The translations under genes were made by a program, and so were the position numbers. Shown piece after piece: positions 22,701-34,708 of a DNA stretch of 64,000 nucleotides. The stretch lies in the NCBI GenBank assembly GCA_030390025.1, contig CM059425.1, positions 174,966,001-175,030,000 of the forward strand. Reading direction: 5' to 3'. Numbering within the stretch: position 1 is the first letter of the stretch; the number at the start of each line of letters is the position of its first letter. The DNA comes from Squalus acanthias (Eukaryota). The notes below the pieces were generated by a model. It did no database searches. It saw only the letters and a program-made list of their open reading frames with translations, and was not told the origin of the DNA.

Positions 22701-25700
22701 CTAGTCAGTTGCCTGTGTACAAATTGCTTTCTAATCAAAATAGAGTCCACGCTCAAAAGCATGTCAGTTTTAACCATGACATATTTAGGGAAGATATGCC
22801 ACGAGTCTACTGTGTTGAGGGAACTCCAATAAATTTTTCAACAGCTACATCTCTAAGTGACCTCACCATTGAGTCACCTCCAAATGAACTGGTAAATTCA
22901 GAAAGCATTCGTCCTGCATCTGAATCTGCTGTGATGGAAAAGAGAGATACTATCCCAACTGAGGGCAGGAGTACAGATGATGCAGAAACAGCAAAAGGGC
23001 CCACTACTGCTCAACCAGGACAAGATGATAAAATGGAGGAAGGTGATATTCTAGCTGAATGTATAAATTCTGCTATGCCAAAAGGAAAGAGCCATAAACC
23101 CTATAGAATTAAAAAAATGATGAATCAAATGCAACATGCATCAACATCTGTGAACAACGCAAATCAGCAAGAGGCAGAGAAAAGGAAACCAGCATCTCCA
23201 GTGAAGCCATTGTCTCAGAACAGTGAATACAAGGCACGCTCATTACAACGAGCATCTATGTCTGATCCTCCAAGTAGCTTCTCTGCTGAAGGCAGCTACA
23301 CAGAACACAGGAAAGACATGGAAAAGGTTAGCAAAAGACAAGCCACTAAAAACACTGCTGGGGATTTTCAAGATAAACCACCAAATAATGATAACCGTGT
23401 TCGTGGAGGTTTTGTATTTGACTCCCCACATCATTATACCCCAATTGAAGGAACTCCATATTGTTTTTCACGAAATGATTCCCTGAGTTCACTTGACTTT
23501 GATGATGATGATACCGATCTCACAAAAGAGAAAGCAGAACTGAAAAAAGAAAAAGGCGAAAAAGATAATGCTTCCAATGGTGTAAAAAATTGTAACAACG
23601 AACGAATTCCCAACCGTCAGCAACCTACTGATAGAATGCAATCAGGTCAAAAATCCTTACCAGGCAGAGGGCAGTCGAAATCTGCGTTACAGAGGCAGGC
23701 TGTTTTCTCCCAAACACCAAAAGACAACAATGACCGAGAAACAGTTACAGATGAGAAAATGCAGAATTTTGCCATTGAAGATACTCCTGTCTGTTTTTCT
23801 CGTAATTCGTCCCTAAGTTCGCTCAGTGATATTGACCAAGAGAATAATAATAAAAAAGCAGGACAGCATAGTGAACAGGGAGAGCACACAAATAGCCAAG
23901 TTGCAGTGAACAGACCTCCAGCTTCTGGCTATGCTCCCAAGTCATTTCATGTTGAAGACACACCAGTGTGCTTTTCTAGAAATAGCTCCCTTAGCTCTCT
24001 TAGCATAGACTCTGAAGATGACCTTCTACAGGAGTGTATCAGTTCAGCTATGCCAAAAAAGAAAAAGCTCCTTGCAAAAGATAAGAGTAACTGGGAAAAT
24101 ACAGGAAGTGATACTTCTGCAGCATCAGTAGAGGAGATGGACGAGTCTATGAGTTTAAGAGAGCAAGTGCAAAGCCCTATTTCAGAACAGGCTTTCTCTC
24201 CAGATTCTGAAAGCTTTGACTGGAAAGCCATTCAAGAGGGTGCTAATTCTATAGTAAGTAGCTTGCACCAGGCTGCTGCTTGCCTGTCAAGACAGGGTTC
24301 TTCTGATTCTGATTCCATTTTGTCACTTAAATCTAGTATTTCCTTAGGATCGCCCTTTCACCTTACACCTGACCAGGAAGAAAAAACATTCACTTCCAAT
24401 AAGGGCCCTAAAATTGTGAAACCTGGTGAAAAAATCAACAGTGACAACAAAAAGAATGACGAAGAAAATGTTAAAGCTATTCGAGGAGGGAAAAGGGTAT
24501 ATAAAAGTTTAATAACTGGAAAGGCCCGTTCCAATGTTGAGACTGCTTCCAGTCAGCCAAAGCACCCTCAACAGGCAAATATGCCTATGATCTCACGTGG
24601 AAGGACCATGATTCACATACCTGGTGTAAGGAACAGCTCACCTAGCACCAGCCCTATTCCGAAGATGCCGCCAAAAAATACAACCTCTAAAAGTGTAAGC
24701 CCAGGACAGAATTCAAATAATTCACCAAGAGGCATTAAAACTCCAATAAAATCAGAGTCGAGTCCAATAGGCAAGCAAACGGGTGCTCAGGGAACATCAA
24801 CCAGCAAAGGACCTTCTAGGTCAGGATCTAGAGATTCTACTCCTTCTAGACCTTCCCAACAATCCCTATCTAGACCAATGCAGTCTCCTGGTAGAAATTC
24901 CATATCTCCAGGAAGAAATGGGATTAGCCCTTCTAACAAGATATCACAACTGCCAAGGACATCTTCTCCAAGTACTGCCTCAGCTAAACCTTCAGGATCA
25001 GGAAGAATGTCTTACACATCTCCAGGTAGACCACTGAGTCAGCAGGCCCCATCGAAGCAAACGGGCCTAGGAAAGGGCACACCTTCTATTACAAGAAGTG
25101 AATCAAGTTCTAAGGGGCTAAGCCAGAGTGCCAGTAGCACTGTGCCAGGTAAAAGAGTAGAACTGTCAAGAATGTCTTCAACAAAATCAAGTGGCAGTGA
25201 ATCCGACAGATCCGAAAGGCCTACATTAATGCGTCAATCAACTTTTATAAAGGAAGCCCCAAGTCCAACCTTGAGGAGAAAATTAGAAGAGTCTACTTCT
25301 TTTGAATCTTTATCACCACCTTCTAGGCCTGCATCACCAACCAGATCACAAACTCAGACTCCAGTTTTAAGTCCATCTCAGCATCTAGATATGATGCCCA
25401 GTCATTTACCAAATCAAACCAGCAGTTGGAGAAAAATACCTCCAAACCAGAATCTCTCTGCAGAACATCTGGAAGGGAGACCTCTGCGGAAACATGATAT
25501 AGCTCGTTCTCATTCTGAAAGCCCTTCAAGGCTTCCTGTGAACAGATCAGGTACATGGAAGCGTGAACATAGTAAACATTCCTCATCCCTTCCTCGAGTT
25601 AGCACATGGCGAAGAACAGGGAGTTCTTCATCAATTCTGTCAGCTTCTTCAGAATCAAGCGAAAAGGCCAAAAGTGAAGATGAAAAACCACATCAAGGGA

Positions 25701-26446
25701 GTTTTGCACATGGTAATAAACAAGCCAAGGAAAACCCAGCTCCCTTGAAGGGAACTTGGAGAAAAATTAAAGATAATGAAATTCCACAAATGAACAGCCA
25801 CCCTCAGAATTCTTCAGCTACAAATAGTGTTGAATCCAAACATTTAGTTTACCAGATGGCTCCTCCTGTGTCAAAGACTGAGGATGTGTGGGTGAGAATT
25901 GAGGACTGCCCAATAAACAACCCTCGGCCTGGAAAATCTCCAACAGGCAATACACCCCCAGTTATCGATGATTTGCCTGAAAAGTTGCTTCTAAGTGATG
26001 AAGAAGGTTCAGGTGATGCACAGAACAAACCAGCTTCAGAACATAGAACTCCTCCTCATGGTCTAAGAATGGAAAAACATTTAAATTCATTTACCCAGTT
26101 GGATAGCCCAGAGAAAAAGGCAACAGAAGCAAAATCTGCTGTGAACAGTTCTGCTACCTCACCAGAAATTGAGACCACAATTGTCACCGAGCGTACACCT
26201 TTTAGTTCAAACAGCTCAAGCAAGCACAATTCACCTAGTGGTACTGTTGCTGCAAGAGTAACTCCTTTCAACTACATACCCAGCCCTCGTAAAAGTAGCA
26301 CAGATAACAGCACTACACGGCCATCCCAAATTCCAACACCTGTAAACAACAAGAGAAAGGAGAGCTCTAAACCTGAAGCCACTGAGTCTAGTGGAAATCA
26401 AAGCCCAAAACGTCATTCTGGATCCTATTTAGTAACTTCTGTTTGA
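19792..26446 (+). CDS. APC: APC terminal coding exon (human exon 15 equivalent, about 2217 codons)
   Basis: tgtattcag acceptor, reads (R)QILRENNCLQTLLQHLKSHSLTIVSNACGTLWNLSAR; four 15-aa repeats (e.g. LDTPINYSLKYSDEQ), seven 20-aa repeats (e.g. EDTPICFSRCSSLSSLS), three SAMP motifs, basic region, SxIP motif (PSQIP), C-terminal PDZ motif VTSV then TGA. Confidence 0.99.
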
Positions 26447-27360
26447 AATAACTGTGGTTGTAGAACATTGATTTATTATGTATGATTTTGGCACAACTAT
26501 CTTTTTTGGAGATGACTGTTGGCTTTACAAGAATTATTGATCAACTTAGATGCTTTTGTAAATATCTCTACTGTTTTTTCTCTTTGCAGAGGGTCTTTGT
26601 TAAGGAAGCCATATTTGTTAGAAAACTATAGATGCTGGAAATTTGGCAGGTGCATTTGGTTAGGAGGTTTGAGATTATTCCTACAGCTCATAAAGGCAAC
26701 ACATTGTACAGTCAGTTTTACTTGTATTATGTATTAAGAGTTCCTGCCATGATCCTTTATGTATTGCTTGGCTTATATAACTTAATACTTGGAAATTGTC
26801 TAGCTAAGTCCATTAAAATGTATCAATCATGTTCAACATTTTAATAGCAAAAAAAAGGTCAGGGAGTTTTAAAAATTAGATATCTAATTATATACATGCA
26901 AAAAAGTGAATGAAATGAGTATTAATATTCCATGTTAGTAATTGTGAAGTATCCTAACCCTCTAAGTAATCATGCAGCTGTGAAATTCACAGCCTTATGA
27001 TTTCTGCTGCAACAGCCTTCCCCAGCCTGCTCTTGTGCATGATCAGATCGGATGGTATGTTGTCTGAAGCAATGACTCAATTCTGTGATCACATGATGTG
27101 CATAGATAGCTACAGTGTATTACTGTACACTGCTGTGTGTGTGCTGCAAAAAGAGATTGTCTGTAACCTTGCAGCTTTGGCCTGGAGTATTTTTTTCCTG
27201 ATCTAGATTTTACCAGAAAAGTAGATAGAGCCATTGCTATGCTGTAACTTGTTGTATATTGTTATTTGAGGTGAGATGGCTACTCTTTTATGAATGAGAC
27301 AGAAATTGTTTCAGAAGAACTAAATGAACATTTCAAAATAAATTATTACTGTATGTATTA
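26447..27360 (+). other. APC: APC 3'UTR (to first clear poly(A) signal)
   Basis: Follows stop codon; AATAAA at 27337-27342 followed by U/GU-rich sequence; free of transposon insertions. Confidence 0.7.
27337..27342 (+). terminator. Candidate APC polyadenylation signal
   Basis: AATAAA with downstream TTTTGGTTGTGT element at about 27362-27373. Confidence 0.65.
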
Positions 27361-27995
27361 ATTTTGGTTGTGTCAGTTGAAATTTTGTGGATAAACCTTA
27401 CATTGAAGAAAAACAGATGCATTAATGTTTTTTTAAATGGAATGTCTGTGCTCACTCATTAAAGTAAGGAATGTTGGTGCTAGTGACTTGGGAAAAGTTA
27501 TGACTGCATGACTTGATGTCAGACAAGCAGTCATAGAAATTTGTAACAGAGGAGGAAGCCATTCAACCATCATGTCTGTGCGGTTCTTTGCTAGTGCAAT
27601 CCAAAACGAATCCCATGTATCTCTGCTTGGAGTATTTATCCGTTTTTCCCTTAAAAGATGCAATGATATTCTGGCTTAAACATTCCCAGTGTTAAAGCAT
27701 TCCGTGCTCCAACAACCCTTCGTGTAAAGAAATTTCTCCTGCCTCGTCACTCTCTTAGCAACAAATTTAGATTGGCCTACCATCAGGATGGAGGTGGTTG
27801 AAGGGTTGAGGAAGGGCTTGGAGAGATAGAGCTGTTTGTTATCATTGTTCATAAGGAAGCTGAACCTGTGCCTGCGGATCATGTCACCAAGGAGCAGGAA
27901 GAGAAAGAAGAAAGTCCAAAGATAGATCCTTGGGGGCTCCAGAGGTGACGGTGTATGGGTGGGAAGAATAGCCATTGCTGGAGATCAGCGGCAGT

Positions 27996-28153
27996 CAATG
28001 TACCCTCTAAGTTGCGCGCGTGTGCGGCCATGCAGTAATCTGCAAGGTCCTGCGCAGCCGCTCACGAGCTTTTACGTTGGAAATATTGCGCATGCCCAGA
28101 AATTTAAAGAAACCGCGCATTGAAACAGGCCATGCAGCTTACAGGGAACATTG
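27996..28153. mobile_element. hAT-type MITE
   Basis: TIRs CAATGTACCCTCTAAGTTGC / GCAGCTTACAGGGAACATTG; 8-bp TSD GCGGCAGT / GCTGCAGT (7 of 8). Confidence 0.8.
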
Positions 28154-28420
28154 GCTGCAGTCCCACAAAACTGGACAACAGAGAAGGAGGGATATAGAGA
28201 GAAAAGGAGGATTAGAACATCAGTCATAGAGGAGATCATTCATGACTTTGGGCAGGGCAGTTTCAGTGCTGTAAGAAGGGCAGAAGCTTGACAAGGGATT
28301 CAAAGAGGAGATTTTGGGAGAAATGGGAGGCAAAGACATGTTAGGAACAGGAGTAGGCCATTCAGCCCCTCAAGCCTGTTCTGCCATTCAATTAGATCAT
28401 GGCTGACATGCAACATTACT

Positions 28421-28846
28421 TAGAAACATAGAATCTAGGAGCAGGAGTAGGCCATTCGGCCCGTCGAGCCTGCTCCGCCATTCAATACGATCATGGCTGA
28501 TCATCCAAATCCAGTACCCTGTCCCTGCTTTAATCCCCACAGTACACATATCCCACCCTACCCCCGTAACCCCATGTATTTAATTCCCCCTAACATATCC
28601 CATCCTATCCCCATAACCCCACATATTTAATCCCCCCTAACACTAAGGGTCAATTTATCATAGCCAAATCAACCTAACCCACACATTTTTGGACTGTGGG
28701 AGGAAACCGGAGCACCCGGAGGAAACCCACGCAGACACGGGGAGAATGTGCAAACTCCACACAGACAGTCACCCGAGGTCAGATTCGAACCCGGGTCTCT
28801 GGTGCTGTGAGGCACCAGTGCTAACCACTATGCCACCGTGTTGCCC
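28421..28846 (-). mobile_element. V-SINE (HE1-like): tRNA head, V-domain, CR1-derived tail
   Basis: Minus strand: A box TGGCATAGTGG, B box GGTTCGAATCT, V-domain GTGTGGAGTTTGCACATTCTCCCCGTGTCTGCGTGGGTTTCCTCCGGGTGCTCCGGTTTCCTCCCACAGTCC, tail matching the CR1 3' end (GAATGGCCTACTCCTGCTCCT); inserted in an older CR1 tail fragment (28340-29050). Confidence 0.88.
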
Positions 28847-30060
28847 ACTGACTTGTATCTCAACTTAATTTAACCACCTTTGTTCCATATCCCTTGATAC
28901 CGTTACCGAACAAAAATCTTGATCTCAGTCTTGAAAATTTCAATTGACCCAGCATCCGCATCCTTTTAATGGAGCGTGTTCCAGATTTCCACGACCCTTT
29001 GTGTGGAAAAAGTGTTTTTTGATTTCACTCTGAAATAGCCTAGCACTAAATTCAAGGACATTAGAGAGGTTAGAAAATGGGTGGTAGTTGGAGAAGGCAA
29101 ATTGTTCATGGTTGAGTTTATTTAATGGAGGAAGTGATGGTAGTTTTGAAAGGGTACAGGACAGTGTCTGAAGCAAGTGAGTTATTGTTAGCTAGTATGA
29201 GTGGGGAGGGGATCATGTGAGGTTCGTCACATGGAGATGATGAACTTGGAGAACGAGGGAGATGGGCGATGAACTGTCAAGTGACAAGGGAAGGAACTGC
29301 AATCGGTGGGAAATCATCAAAAGCTTAAGGGGGGAAAATTCGGTTGCTTTCACGCCTCCCATTAGCGCCAAGCAACTAACACCCGGGCGCGGCGCTGCCA
29401 ACGCCTCCTGTGAAATTCAGCGGGAGGTTAGCGGCGGCAGTAACCGTTAGCGCGCTGTGCCGCCCCATCCGCGATCTTCGGTAGCGCCCCCTGACTTACC
29501 GCCAGAAGCTATGTCCGACGGGGTCAGGGGCCTACCTGCGGCCGGGGTGGCGCTAATTAAAGGCGAGGGGCGGCCATTTTTGTTGCTGGCCGCCTGCCAG
29601 CATTTGCCCCCGTTGCCGTCCCCGACCTCCTCTTCAGCCCCCCCCCCCCCCCCCCCCCACGGAGTGCCGGCTGCGCTCCATGAGCCAGCACTTCTCTTGA
29701 GTGCTGGGCTCTTTTGCCGGCACTCCGATCCCTGGTGGCCCAGCTGGGCCCCGGGTCGCGCTGCGCAAGGCCCCTCCCCTTTAAGAAGGGTCAGAGAAAA
29801 GACAACGTAGTTCCTTCTCCTGGTGCAGAGAGCCTCAGTGACCTCCCGGATGCAGCGATGGACAGCGAACTGAGAGATGTTAGCTATGTCTCCTGCTGCA
29901 GACTGGAAGGATCCGCTGGCGAAGCAATTGAAGGCCACAGTGACCTTGACTGCCACTGGGAGAGCCGTGTTCGCCATGCTTTCAGGGTGCAGGAGTGGCA
30001 GAGTTCTGTGAGCACCTCCTTGGTGAAGCCTAGCCTCCTAATACACTGCTCATCGCTTAA

Positions 30061-33000
30061 TAGATAATAATTAATTAATTAATTAAAAACCCGGGAGAGT
30101 TCAAAAGCAGCGGGTGCAGGGCGAGAGCACCAAAACCCGGGAGAGTTCAAAAGCAGCGGGAGCAGAGTGAGAGCGCCAAAACCCGGGAGAGTTCAAAAAC
30201 AGCAGGAGCAGGGCGAGAGCGCCAAAACCCGGGAGAGTTCAAAAGCAGCAGGAGCAGGGCGAGAGCGCCAAAACCCGGGAGAGTTCAAAAGCAGCAGGAG
30301 CAGGGCGAGAGCGCCAAAACCCAGGAGAGTTCAAAAGCAGCAGGAGCAGGGCGAGAGCGCCAAAACCCGGGAGAGTTCAAAAGCAGCAGGAGCAGGGCGA
30401 GAGCGCCAAAACCCGGGAGAGTTCAAAAGCAGCAGGAGCAGGACGAGAGCGCCAAAACCCAGGAGAGTTCAAAAGCAGCAGGAGCAGGGCGAGAGCGCCA
30501 AAACCCGGGTGAGTTCAAAAGCAGCGGGAGACACTGAGATACAAAGGACCGGTGAGTGTAAAGAAGTAAAAAGTAGTCGAAGTGTGACATCACCAGAAAG
30601 CAGGTATGTGATTGATTGGTTGAGTATTTCTCTCTTTTTCGCCTTTTTTCCAAACTTGAGAGTCTAAATCTAAGTGCCGTGGTGTAGATTAAAAGATATA
30701 AGTGTTCCAAATTTAAAACCTAATTAATTAATTGAGATGGGAGACCAGGCAATGTGTTGTTGCATGTGGGAGCTCGTGGACACCATTGAGGTCCAGGGCG
30801 ACCACATCTGCAGCAAATGTTGGCTGCTCGAGGAACTTCGGCTCAGAGTTGATGAGCTGGAGTCTGAGCTTCAGACACTGCGACACATTAGGGAGGGGGA
30901 GCGTTACCTGGACACTGTTCCAGGAGGCAGTCACACCCACTAGAATAATTACTTCCAATTTGGCCCATGGTCAGGGACAGGAGGGTGTGACTACAAGCGA
31001 GGCAGGTATTGGGATCCAGGAGGTAGTGGTGGAGGAGCCTCAGCCCTTGGCCTTGTCTAACCGGTACGAGATTCTTGCTCCCTGTGTGGACGAGGGCAGG
31101 GACTGCAGGGAGGATGAGCAATCTGACCACAGCACCGTGGTACAGGGAGCCATTCAAGTGGGGGGAGTAAAAAGAAATGTTGTAGTGATTGGGGACAGTA
31201 TAGTCAGGGGGATAGATACTGTTCTCTGCAGCCGAGAGCGTGAGTCCCGAAGGCTGTGTTGCCTGCCCGGTGCCAAGGTTAAGGACATCTCCTTTGGGCT
31301 GGAGAGAAACTTGGAGCGGGAGGGGGAAGATCCAGTTATCATGGTCCACGTAGGTACCAATAACATAGGTAGGACAAAGAAAGAGGTTCTGCTGAGAGAG
31401 TATGAGCAGCTAGGGGCTAAATTAAAAAGCAGAACCACAAATAATCTCTGGATTACTACCTGAGCCACGAGCGAATTTGCATAGGGTAAATAAGATCAGA
31501 GAAATGAACGAGTGGCTCAAAGACTGGTGTGGGAGAAATGGGTTTCGATTTGTGGGGCACTGGCACCAGTACTGGGATAAGAGGGAGCTGTTCCGTTTGG
31601 ACGGGCTTCACTTGAACCATGCTGGGGCTAGAGTCCTGGCAAATCGAATAACTAGGGCTGTAAACTAAATAGTGGGGGGGGGAGGATCCAGGTGAGCGGG
31701 AAAATAAAAAGTCAATGAGAAATGAGAAAGCAATAGAGCAGGCTAGAGATGGGGGAAATAATAACCAGAGTGTGACAGGAAGGGACAGAATGTTTAAAAA
31801 TAAGAGTGTAACAGAAAAAAAGGCCAAAACAAGGAAAAATGGTAAAAAGACAAAGTTAAAAGCTCTATATCTGAATGCACGCAGCATTCGTAACAAAATA
31901 AATGAGTTGACGGCACAAATAGATACAAATGGGTATGATCTGATCGCCATTACAGAGACGTGGTTGCAAGGCGACCAGGGCTGGGAACTGAATATTCCAG
32001 GGTATATGATAATTCGGAAGGATAGAAAGAAAGGAAAGAGAGGTGGGGTGGGTTTGTTGATAAAAGATGGGATCAGTGCAGTGGTAAGAAGTGATATTGG
32101 CTCAGAAGATCAAGATGTAGAATTGGTTTGGGTGGAGATAAAAGATAAAGGAGAAAAGTCTCTTGTGGGCGTAGTCTACAGGCCCCCGAACAGTAGCAAT
32201 GCTGTTGGACAGAGTATAAATCAACAAATAATGGAGGCCTGTAAAAAAGGTACGGTAATAATCATGGGTGATTTTAATCTCCATATTGATTGGGCAAATC
32301 AAATTGGCCATGGTAGCCTGGAGGAGGAGTTCATAGAGTGCATCCGGGATGTTTTCCTAGAACAGTATATAATGGAACCAACCAGGGGGCAGGCTATCTT
32401 GGATCTGGTACTATGTAATGAGACAGAGTTAATAAATGATCTGATAGTAAAGGATCCTCTAGGAAAGAGTGATCATAGCATGGTTGAATTTCAAATTCAG
32501 TTGGAGGGTGAGAAAGTTGTATCCCAAACCAGTGTCCTGATCTTAAACAAAGGCAATTATAATGGCATGAGGGCAGAACTGGCTAAAGTGGACTGGAAAA
32601 ACAAATTAAAGGGTAAGGAAGTTGAAATGCAGTGGCAGACATTTAAGGAGATATTTCATAACTCTCAACAAAAATATATTCCAGTGAGAAAGAAAGATTT
32701 TAAGAGAAGGGAGCACCATCCGTGGCAAACTGAGGAGGTAAAGGATGGTATCAAATTGAAAACGAAGGCATACAATGTTGCCAAGATTGGTGGGAGACCA
32801 GAGGATTGGGAAATTTTTAAAAACCAGCAAAGGATGACTAAAAAAATAATAGAGAGAGAGATGAATTATGAGAGTCAGCTGGCAAGAAACATTAAAACAG
32901 ATAGTAAGAGCTTCTACAGGTATATAAAAAGGAAGAGGGTAGCTAAAGTAAACGTTGGTCCCTTAGAGGATGAGACTGGGAAATTAATAATGGGGAACAG

Positions 33001-34708
33001 GGAAAATGGCAGAGACTGAACAAATATTTTGCATCTTTCTTCACTGTAGAAGACACTAACAACATCCCAATAATGGATAATCAAGGGGCCACAGGGAGTG
33101 GGGAACTAAAGACAATCACTATCATTAAGGAAATAGTACTCGGTAAAATAATGGGACTAAAAGACGACAAGTCCCCTGGACCAGATGGCCTACATCCCAG
33201 GGTCTTAAAAGAAGTGGCTGCAGAGATAGTGGATGCATTGGTTGCAATATACCAAAATTCCCTGGACTCTGGAGAGGTCCCAGCGGATTGGAAAACAACT
33301 AATGTAACACCCCTATTTAAGAAAGGAGGGAGACAGAAAGCAGGAAACTAATAGACCAGTTAGCCTAACGTCTGTCGTTGGGAAAATGCTGGAGTCCTTC
33401 ATTAAGGAAGCAGTAGCAGGGCATTTAGAAAAACATACTGCAGTCAAACAGAGTCAGCATGGTTTTAGGAAAGGGAAATCATGTTTAACAAATTTGCTGG
33501 AGTTCTTTGAGGATGTAACAAGCAGGGTGGACAAGGGTGAGCCAGTGGATGTGGTGTATTTGGATTTCCAGAAGGCATTCAATAAGGTGCCACATAAAAG
33601 GTTACTGCATAAGATAAGAGCTCATGGAGTTGGGGGTAATATATTAGCATGGATAGAGAATTAGCTAACTAACAGAAAGCAGAGAGTCGGGATAAATGGG
33701 TCATTTTCTGGTTGGCAAACGGTAACTAGTGGGGTGCCACAAGGATCGGTGCTGGTGCCCCAACTATTTACAATCTACATTAATGACTTGGATGAAGGGA
33801 TCGAGTGTACTGTAGCGAAGTTTGCAGATGATACAAAGATGGGTGGAAAGCAAGTTGTGCAAAGGATTCAAAGAATCTGCAAAGGGATATAGACAGGTTA
33901 GGTGAGTGGGCAAACATTTGGCAGATGGAGTATAATGTGGGAAAGTGCGAGGTTATCCACTCTGGCAGGAAAAATAAAAAAGCAAACTATTATTTAAATG
34001 GAGAGAGATTACAAAATGCTACAGCTCAGAAGGACCTGGGGGTCCTTGTGCATGAAACACAAAAAGTTAGCATGCAGGTACAGCAAGTAATCAAAAGGCA
34101 AATGGAATGTTGGCCTTTATTTCAAGGGGGTTGGAGTATAAAAGCAGGGAAGTCCTGCTACAACTGTACAGGGTATTGGTGAGACCACACCTTGAGTACT
34201 GCGTACAGTTTTGGTCTCCTTATTTAAGGAAGGATAAACTTGCATTGGAGGCAGTTCAGAGACGATTCACTAGGTTAATTCCAGAGATGAGGGGTTTGAC
34301 TTATGAGGAAAGGTTGAGCAGGCTGGGCCTATACTCATTGGAATTGAGAAGAATGAGAGGTGATCTTATCGAAACATACAAAATACTGAGGGGGCTCGAC
34401 AGGGTAGATGCAGAGAGGATGTTTCCCCTCATGGGGAAATCTAGAACTCGGGGGCACAGTCTCAGAATAAAGGGTCGCCCTTTTAGAACTGAGATGAGGA
34501 GGAACTTCTTCTCTGAGGGTCATAAATTTGTGGAATTCTCTGCCCCAGAGAGCTGTGGAGATAGACAAATTTTTGCAAGATAAGGGAGTGAAGGGTTATG
34601 GGGAGCATGCTGGAAAGTGGCTTTGAGCCCAAGATCAGCCATGATCTTATTGAATGGCGGAGCAGGCTCGAAGGGCCAAGTGGCCTATTCCTGCTCCTAT
34701 TTCTTATG
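30061..34708 (+). mobile_element. Full-length CR1 LINE (ORF1 zinc-finger/leucine-zipper + esterase; ORF2 APE + RT), disrupted by a few frameshifts/stops
   Basis: ORF1 MWELVD...ICSKCWLLEELRLRVDELESEL, VVVIGDSIVRG, HVGTNNIG, DGLHL; ORF2 [62 protein letters not shown]; tail CTCCTATTTCTTATG; TTAA at both ends (30057-30060, 34709-34712). Confidence 0.95.
30086..30530 (+). repeat. 46-bp tandem array (9 full copies plus a partial) at the CR1 5' end
   Basis: Unit AAAACCCGGGAGAGTTCAAAAGCAGCAGGAGCAGGGCGAGAGCGCC starting at 30086, 30132, 30178 ... 30500; no spacers. Confidence 0.97.

Noticed and set aside
20131..26416. Short antisense and alternate-frame ORFs within the APC terminal exon
   Set aside because: 60-95 aa, no recognisable motifs; expected by chance opposite a long Ser-rich coding exon.
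28770..28846. tRNA genes at A/B-box sequences (also 11300-11373, 44920-44990, 45430-45506)
   Set aside because: No complete cloverleaf; each continues into a SINE or LINE body.
29447..29977. Domesticated HARBI1 host gene
   Set aside because: Only the N-terminal region is present, frameshifted, without the DDE core, and split by a LINE.
30086..30530. Regular 46-bp repeats as a CRISPR array
   Set aside because: Head-to-tail units with no unique spacers, no cas genes, eukaryotic context; part of a LINE 5' end.
31715..34583. Active autonomous CR1 ORF2
   Set aside because: Frameshifts near 33000, 33350 and 34095 and an in-frame stop near 33662; the copy at 52165-56557 is also broken. Some homopolymer frameshifts could be sequencing errors.
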